This document shows, one piece after another, positions 59,165-64,000 of a stretch of 64,000 bases of DNA; within the stretch, counting starts at the first letter, position 1; the number at the start of each line of letters is the position of its first letter. The notes under the pieces were generated by a model. It was given only the letters and a program-made list of their open reading frames with translations, had not been told where the DNA came from and searched no databases. Source of the DNA: an uncultured virus (IMG/VR IMGVR_UViG_3300012209_000001) (Duplodnaviria; Heunggongvirae; Uroviricota; Caudoviricetes); the IMG/VR virus record IMGVR_UViG_3300012209_000001; one strand, given 5' to 3'. The translations under genes were made by a program, and so were the position numbers.

Positions 59165-60435
59165 GACGCCACCTCCAGATCGAACAAAGATGCTTGTCGA
59201 TGTGTAGGAACTGGCAATAACCTTACTAAATGGGGCTCACGCTCTTCAAAATAGGCCAGATAATCACGGGTAAGCGATGTGTGACGAATACGATCTAAAC
59301 CCCTGCAAATCGTATCAGGTAAGCATGTCGGTGCTTTCTCGCCTTGCTCATCCAGCACTCGACAACTATCGAGAATGGGAGCCACTTTGTAATCAGGGTC
59401 AGTCCACGAGCCATAGCCCCAATTACCGTTTCTGGCAGGCTCAACACATGGCCCGGCACTATCGGTTGAGAGACGGATACCATATTTCTTGCAGAGATGC
59501 AGCAGGAAGCCAAGGAGTGCAGGGATAATCACACCGAAGACGTGGACACGCTTTACCCCTGCTTTGCCTAACACCTCGAACACACCAGGAAGAATCATGG
59601 CCGCAGCTGGCAGCATGTCATGGCGCATGAGCCCGGTAATACACCAACCACCTAGCCCGAAGATGTCATCTTCGGGCTTCATCACTTTGACAATCTCCTC
59701 GGCGCATCGCCTGTACTGCTCTGCTTCAACCCCCTGTGCTGAGAGAATAAGCCGAACATGATGCCCAAAGACTCCATCTATCCTGCGCCGCTGAGTTGCC
59801 AGGTATTGAGCGGCCTTAATCGTTTCTTGTACCGCATACTCAGCAGACTTGACGGACCAGCGTTGTTTGCTGCGTTCTCCATCCTGCCACGTCTCATCAA
59901 TGAGTAAATCATAACTGACAAGACTCTCGACAATGTGAGCATACCGGAACTCGTAGGCATGGGCTATCTGTCTCTGCAGAGCATCATTGAAAGAGAGGCG
60001 TTCATTCTTCACAATCACAAAGTCTTTGAGTTCGATCCGCTCAGAGAAGGCGCAACTATCGACCATCACATGCTTGACTTTGGAATCATCAATCAGCACA
60101 TGAGTCTTACGCAGGACTCGTTTCTTCTCGCCGGTCTTTTTATCTTCAATCTCGGAGCTGGTGAAGGGTGCAATACAGACATGTGTACCGGGCTCTACTG
60201 TATGATGGTTCCAGAAACGTTCGTTCAGACCACAGTAGAACTCGATGTCTGGTTGAGTTTCCGTGACTTTAGTTTCCGTGACATATTGAATGTTGCTTAT
60301 CCGTTGGCGTTGTGAACGCTTCCGGCAGCGATTGGCGCAACGATCAGAACAATACTTCCCAGGTCGGCCTGTTGCTGGTTGCCTTGCATTTCCACTACAA
60401 TCGGGATTAGCACACTGCGTATCTAGTAGTTGCAT
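59161..60435 (-). CDS. dpdA: DpdA/TGT-like 7-deazaguanine DNA transglycosylase with N-terminal zinc finger
   Basis: VDSCAFS, SYD, AQG, GLGG, VHVFGV, STDS motifs; coupled to the QueF-like gene. Confidence 0.7.
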   Translation of the reverse strand: MQLLDTQCANPDCSGNARQPATGRPGKYCSDRCANRCRKRSQRQRISNIQYVTETKVTETQPDIEFYCGLNERFWNHHTVEPGTHVCIAPFTSSEIEDKKTGEKKRVLRKTHVLIDDSKVKHVMVDSCAFSERIELKDFVIVKNERLSFNDALQRQIAHAYEFRYAHIVESLVSYDLLIDETWQDGERSKQRWSVKSAEYAVQETIKAAQYLATQRRRIDGVFGHHVRLILSAQGVEAEQYRRCAEEIVKVMKPEDDIFGLGGWCITGLMRHDMLPAAAMILPGVFEVLGKAGVKRVHVFGVIIPALLGFLLHLCKKYGIRLSTDSAGPCVEPARNGNWGYGSWTDPDYKVAPILDSCRVLDEQGEKAPTCLPDTICRGLDRIRHTSLTRDYLAYFEEREPHLVRLLPVPTHRQASLFDLEVAS

Positions 60436-60809
60436 CCTTGTCCTCTAACGCTTTCAATCTTGCCTCTGTCTCTTCAATGCTCCACACCTTGAACTCTGCC
60501 CACACGGCCATCTCGTGTATCTCTTGAACTCTGCCCACACGGCCATCTCGTGTATCTCTTGAACTCTGCCCACACGGCCATCTCGTGTATCTTTGGAATG
60601 CTCCCCTGCCAGGCCACAACCAAATCAATCATCGCACCCTCGCGTAACTGCCGAGCAATGCCGACATGCCAACCATTGGGACCATACCAATCTTTGAGAT
60701 TATCGCGTGTCCAGTGGGTAACTTCTTTGGGCTTCTTTGCTTTTGTTGGCTTTAGCTCGTCTTTGAGCCAGCCACGTCTGCGCGCTTCTGCTATCGAGAT
60801 TGCCATCAC
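60407..60809 (-). pseudogene. Gene frameshifted by a 35-bp triplication
   Basis: A single repeat copy gives a continuous ORF ending in overlap with dpdA. Confidence 0.7.
60488..60592. repeat. 3 x 35-bp exact tandem repeat
   Basis: CTTGAACTCTGCCCACACGGCCATCTCGTGTATCT at 60488, 60523 and 60558. Confidence 0.97.
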
Positions 60810-60815
60810 GACGCC

Positions 60816-61046
60816 TCATACTGTTATCTGGATGCCTTCACGCCCGGCGGCATACTTTATACGCCGTTTCCACTTCACATAGTTGCTCTGTAGTTGTTGC
60901 CCTTCATCGCAGTAGCCAGGCTCGCCGTACATGTCAGTACAGACACATTGATCACAGTGTATCCAGTGGTTGTGCCACGGCGTTGCTAGCAGATTGACCA
61001 TAGCAATAGCCTGTTCCAATGTGTAATCAGCCTTTGCGCCCATCAT
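60816..61046 (-). CDS. Cys/His-rich hypothetical protein
   Basis: Coupled to the methylase stop. Confidence 0.5.
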   Translation of the reverse strand: MMGAKADYTLEQAIAMVNLLATPWHNHWIHCDQCVCTDMYGEPGYCDEGQQLQSNYVKWKRRIKYAAGREGIQITV

Positions 61047-61993
61047 GCTACCTCACTTTCTGGACGGCTTGCGCACCCTGCATACGCCTTCGTCAATGCT
61101 TCCACCATCAGGCATGAAACCGCGTTTCCAATCATCTCCCAATTCAACTTTTGATTATCGGTCCACTGGTAGCCATCGGGAAATGTCTGTAACCTGGCTA
61201 ACACTTCAGTGCTCGCTTTCAGCACTCGCTTATCTTGCAACACAATGCGCTTATCCCGGTTGTTGTGGCTGCAGGTGATCGTACCAATCGGCTTGTATCC
61301 CGATACAATATCAAGCTGCCTTGTACCAGTACCATGATCAAAGTCAAAATTGCCGTTGACCATGAGGGGGAGCATCGTATCGTATATAGGTTTCCAGCGC
61401 TCAATCTGCCACGGGATCAGTGTCGTCTCTTCCAAAGTTGGCAGCATACCCTGAATGGCTTCATACCAGCCAACGCGCCGGTGTGTATGATCAGGCCATG
61501 CAATCGGGCCTCTACGCGCCTGCAGAATGAGTCTCCTGCGGCTTTGTGGCACGGCATAATCGGCTGCATTCACTACTCGCTCAGAGACGGTGTAGTGATG
61601 TCTGAGTAAGCACATGAGGATAGCGTGATAAGCAGGATTATCTCGATAGCCTTCAACATTTTCCAGTATGAACAATTCGGGCTGTATTTTCTCGATATAC
61701 GGGATCATCGCCTTGCCAATGGCAACATCTTCACGTTGGGCTAGCACCTTAGAACGAGCTTTAGAATCGGACTTACAAACTGGCGAACACCACAGGGCAT
61801 CGATAGCGCCCGGCAAAGCAGCAATATCCACATCGCGTACATCAGATATCAACATCTTCTCAACAGGATGATTCGCCAGATAACAACGTGCAATGGCTGG
61901 CCGCAATTCTATGGCGGACAGCGTCTCATGACCTGCAGCGTCCAGACCACACCGAACGCCACCAGCCCCGGCAAAGACCTCTAGCCATTTCAT
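61043..61993 (-). CDS. C5-cytosine DNA methyltransferase
   Basis: FAGAGG, SPVC, ENV, QSRRR, RLQTFPD, IGNAV. Confidence 0.93.
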   Translation of the reverse strand: MKWLEVFAGAGGVRCGLDAAGHETLSAIELRPAIARCYLANHPVEKMLISDVRDVDIAALPGAIDALWCSPVCKSDSKARSKVLAQREDVAIGKAMIPYIEKIQPELFILENVEGYRDNPAYHAILMCLLRHHYTVSERVVNAADYAVPQSRRRLILQARRGPIAWPDHTHRRVGWYEAIQGMLPTLEETTLIPWQIERWKPIYDTMLPLMVNGNFDFDHGTGTRQLDIVSGYKPIGTITCSHNNRDKRIVLQDKRVLKASTEVLARLQTFPDGYQWTDNQKLNWEMIGNAVSCLMVEALTKAYAGCASRPESEVA

Positions 61994-62172
61994 TTGTTTG
62001 CCTCAATCTGCTTTTGCAACACAGCAATGACATCCTGTGCTTGCTGTGTGGACAGGTAAGCATAACTTGAACCGTCTGTATGGCTGAGGACCAGAACAAT
62101 ATCCTGGGTGTCCACTTCCTGCCTGAAAATCCTGATGGTCGTTTCGTTAAATTGTGTGTCGATCTCATCCAT
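61990..62172 (-). CDS. Hypothetical protein
   Basis: Coupled ORF. Confidence 0.5.
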   Translation of the reverse strand: MDEIDTQFNETTIRIFRQEVDTQDIVLVLSHTDGSSYAYLSTQQAQDVIAVLQKQIEANK

Positions 62173-62341
62173 TTTCTTTGCCTCCCTGCTGGTTCACTTT
62201 TTGCATTCGCTCTCTCTCCTGCTTTGCCAATCGTGCAACAACATCTTGCATAGTTTCACCTGTGTGGGCCGCAATGATCTTTAAATCTTTGCGTGCCTCT
62301 GGCGTGACCCTGATGACAGGGTTTCTATTTGTCTCATTCAT
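62165..62341 (-). CDS. Ribbon-helix-helix-like regulator, probably leaderless
   Basis: VIRVTPEARKDLKIIAAHTGETMQDVV pattern. Confidence 0.7.
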   Translation of the reverse strand: MNETNRNPVIRVTPEARKDLKIIAAHTGETMQDVVARLAKQERERMQKVNQQGGKENG

Positions 62342-62377
62342 GGTATGCATTATACTACTTTGCATACCATATGTCAA
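62340..62377 (-). promoter_or_regulatory. Consensus sigma70 promoter with operator
   Basis: TTGACA-17-TATAAT; perfect inverted repeat ATGGTATGCA / TGCATACCAT. Confidence 0.85.
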
Positions 62378-62394
62378 GACTGTCGAGATTGCCA

Positions 62395-62985
62395 TTATGA
62401 CGCCTCACTTTCGAGATCCCACAATGTCACCTGCTGCTGCTGACCAAACACAGGCACGCATTTGCCAAATCGACTAAACACGTCCATAAACCTCTGCTCA
62501 TTCGGCCCGAGATAACAAAACAGGTTATCATGCGTCGGCCCCTGCTCGCTCTTTCCGCTCCCGACAAACCGGATGCGGCCACGAACGAAGCAAATCGGAT
62601 AGTTGAGCAATAACTTCTGTACGCAGGCTGTCCCGGTACACGCATTGATCAGGAGCACTGCCTGCTTAATATTGCCACTCTCATACTCCGCTATAAGCTT
62701 ATCTGCCCAGAGCACCTGATTGCTTTTGCCTCCAATGCGCCCGTAAGGCGGGTTAACAAACACAGATGCCGCAATCCAGGGCAAGAGTAAACCATCATCG
62801 CTTTTCGTGTAGTAGCGGGTTGCCCTGACTACCTTATTCGCCTCTGCGCACGATGCCGGGTCAAGTTCAATGCCGTCCATAACACGGCGAGCGGCTTCGA
62901 TGTAGATGGCAGGTGTGAACCATTCGTTGCTGCCTGACAAAGTGCGAGCAATGTGTGAATCGCCCTCGATGAGTGATTGTGTCAT
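62395..62985 (-). CDS. Phage Dam-like N6-adenine DNA methyltransferase
   Basis: EWFTP, LDPAS, DGL..PW, VFVNPPY, GRIRF. Confidence 0.9.
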   Translation of the reverse strand: MTQSLIEGDSHIARTLSGSNEWFTPAIYIEAARRVMDGIELDPASCAEANKVVRATRYYTKSDDGLLLPWIAASVFVNPPYGRIGGKSNQVLWADKLIAEYESGNIKQAVLLINACTGTACVQKLLLNYPICFVRGRIRFVGSGKSEQGPTHDNLFCYLGPNEQRFMDVFSRFGKCVPVFGQQQQVTLWDLESEAS

Positions 62986-63203
62986 GATGCTACTCTCCGC
63001 TCCCATCGCTCGATTCTCTCTTCCAATGCTACCCGTTGCTCACCAGTTAACTTGTCCAGGTCACTCAACCATTTCTCTTTGCCAGGTCCGCACTTCTTCC
63101 ACTTGTCAGATGACAACGCAACGTAAAGACATACGTAGTTCATGTTCTCTAACCATTTCGGTATATCTTTATTCCACACGGTTATTTCTCCTTTAACGAA
63201 CAA
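62982..63203 (-). CDS. Hypothetical protein
   Basis: Coupled ORF. Confidence 0.5.
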   Translation of the reverse strand: MFVKGEITVWNKDIPKWLENMNYVCLYVALSSDKWKKCGPGKEKWLSDLDKLTGEQRVALEERIERWERRVAS

Positions 63204-64000
63204 CCTTTGTGCTACGATAATCCTTACCAGAAACTTTCACCGGGATGCATCCATCCATCAAACGCGAATAGGCATGATCGCCAATGTAGGAGGCCAATCC
63301 CTCCATATTGTTCGTGCTGATGCCGATGGGACGCCGGGCCGTAATACGATCATCAATAATCTGGAAGAAAACTTCTTGCTTAAAAGGTCTTGCGCTGGCT
63401 TTATCAAGGTCATCAATAATCAGGAGAGGTGTTGAAATGGCCTGCATCACCAAATTCCACTCATCGTGGTCATGGTTCATTTTGTCGTAAAAAGCCATGA
63501 AGAACTTAGGGGCCGTTACAAACAAAGACGATACTGGAACGGGTCGCATACGCAATGCGTTGCCAATAGAAGTCAGCAAGTGTGTCTTTCCTAGTCCGCT
63601 ACCCCCATAAAGTAGCAGTACACCTTGAGGATTCTCCGCAAACGCCCTAGCTTTCTCTAAAGCATTGCGCCACGTTTTGCGGGCTGCCACCAAATCCTCT
63701 ACTTCTTTCTTGCGAGCCTCTTTTCTGGCTATATCCGTTTCTTTGTTATAGATGACCATAAGACGCTGATAATATTCTTTACGCTCCGGGTCATACTGCT
63801 CAAACCGGCGCGCCGCTAACTCTTGGCACACATGAGGCTCAATCCATTCTTTTCCAAGCCAGCCGCCATATGTCCTCTCAGCCATCGCTTGCAGCTTCTC
63901 TTGCCGCTCGGCTTTCTCCGCTGCCTCTCTCTTTGCTTTGCGCTGACAGGCACAGGTCCGCTCAATATAGCGGCCATTCGGAAGCAATAATGGCTCAACA
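63193..64000 (-). CDS. DnaC/IstB-like helicase loader (5' end probably outside window)
   Basis: GGSGLGKT, LLIIDDL, ISTN, SRL; frame open to the window edge. Confidence 0.9.
   Translation of the reverse strand, partial: VEPLLLPNGRYIERTCACQRKAKREAAEKAERQEKLQAMAERTYGGWLGKEWIEPHVCQELAARRFEQYDPERKEYYQRLMVIYNKETDIARKEARKKEVEDLVAARKTWRNALEKARAFAENPQGVLLLYGGSGLGKTHLLTSIGNALRMRPVPVSSLFVTAPKFFMAFYDKMNHDHDEWNLVMQAISTPLLIIDDLDKASARPFKQEVFFQIIDDRITARRPIGISTNNMEGLASYIGDHAYSRLMDGCIPVKVSGKDYRSTKVVR

Noticed and set aside
60488..60592. 35-bp repeats as a CRISPR array
   Set aside because: Copies are directly adjacent with no spacers, lie inside a gene, and no cas genes are present.

Overview
The whole window is part of a tailed dsDNA phage or prophage, probably siphovirus-like. 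Most genes lie on the minus strand. From right to left it holds: (i) a DnaC-like loader and a DNA-modification cluster (Dam-like m6A methylase, C5 methylase, DpdA/TGT-like protein, QueF-like protein); (ii) an accessory region with two cargo-carrying ISL3 transposons, a TnpB element and an HTH-GNAT regulator; (iii) a membrane module around a HerA/FtsK-like ATPase; (iv) small membrane proteins and a GH-A clan glycosidase; (v) terS, terL, portal, prohead protease and capsid; (vi) about 10 kb of fibre or appendage genes containing an ORF-less group I intron and a free-standing GIY-YIG endonuclease; (vii) tail genes, including a frameshifted chaperone, a tape measure protein with a Hint domain, and a >1890-aa tail protein that runs off the left edge. 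The strongest unexplained signal is a motif, CG(A/C)GC-N5-(A/C)GCCAC, found six times at the 5' arm of intrinsic terminators, mostly just downstream of extended -10 promoters. This suggests a site-specific RNA antitermination system. No integrase or canonical endolysin is visible in the window. A Chloroflexota (Ktedonobacteria-like) host is only an impression from the IS and TnpB style. All family calls come from motifs read by eye, not from database searches.
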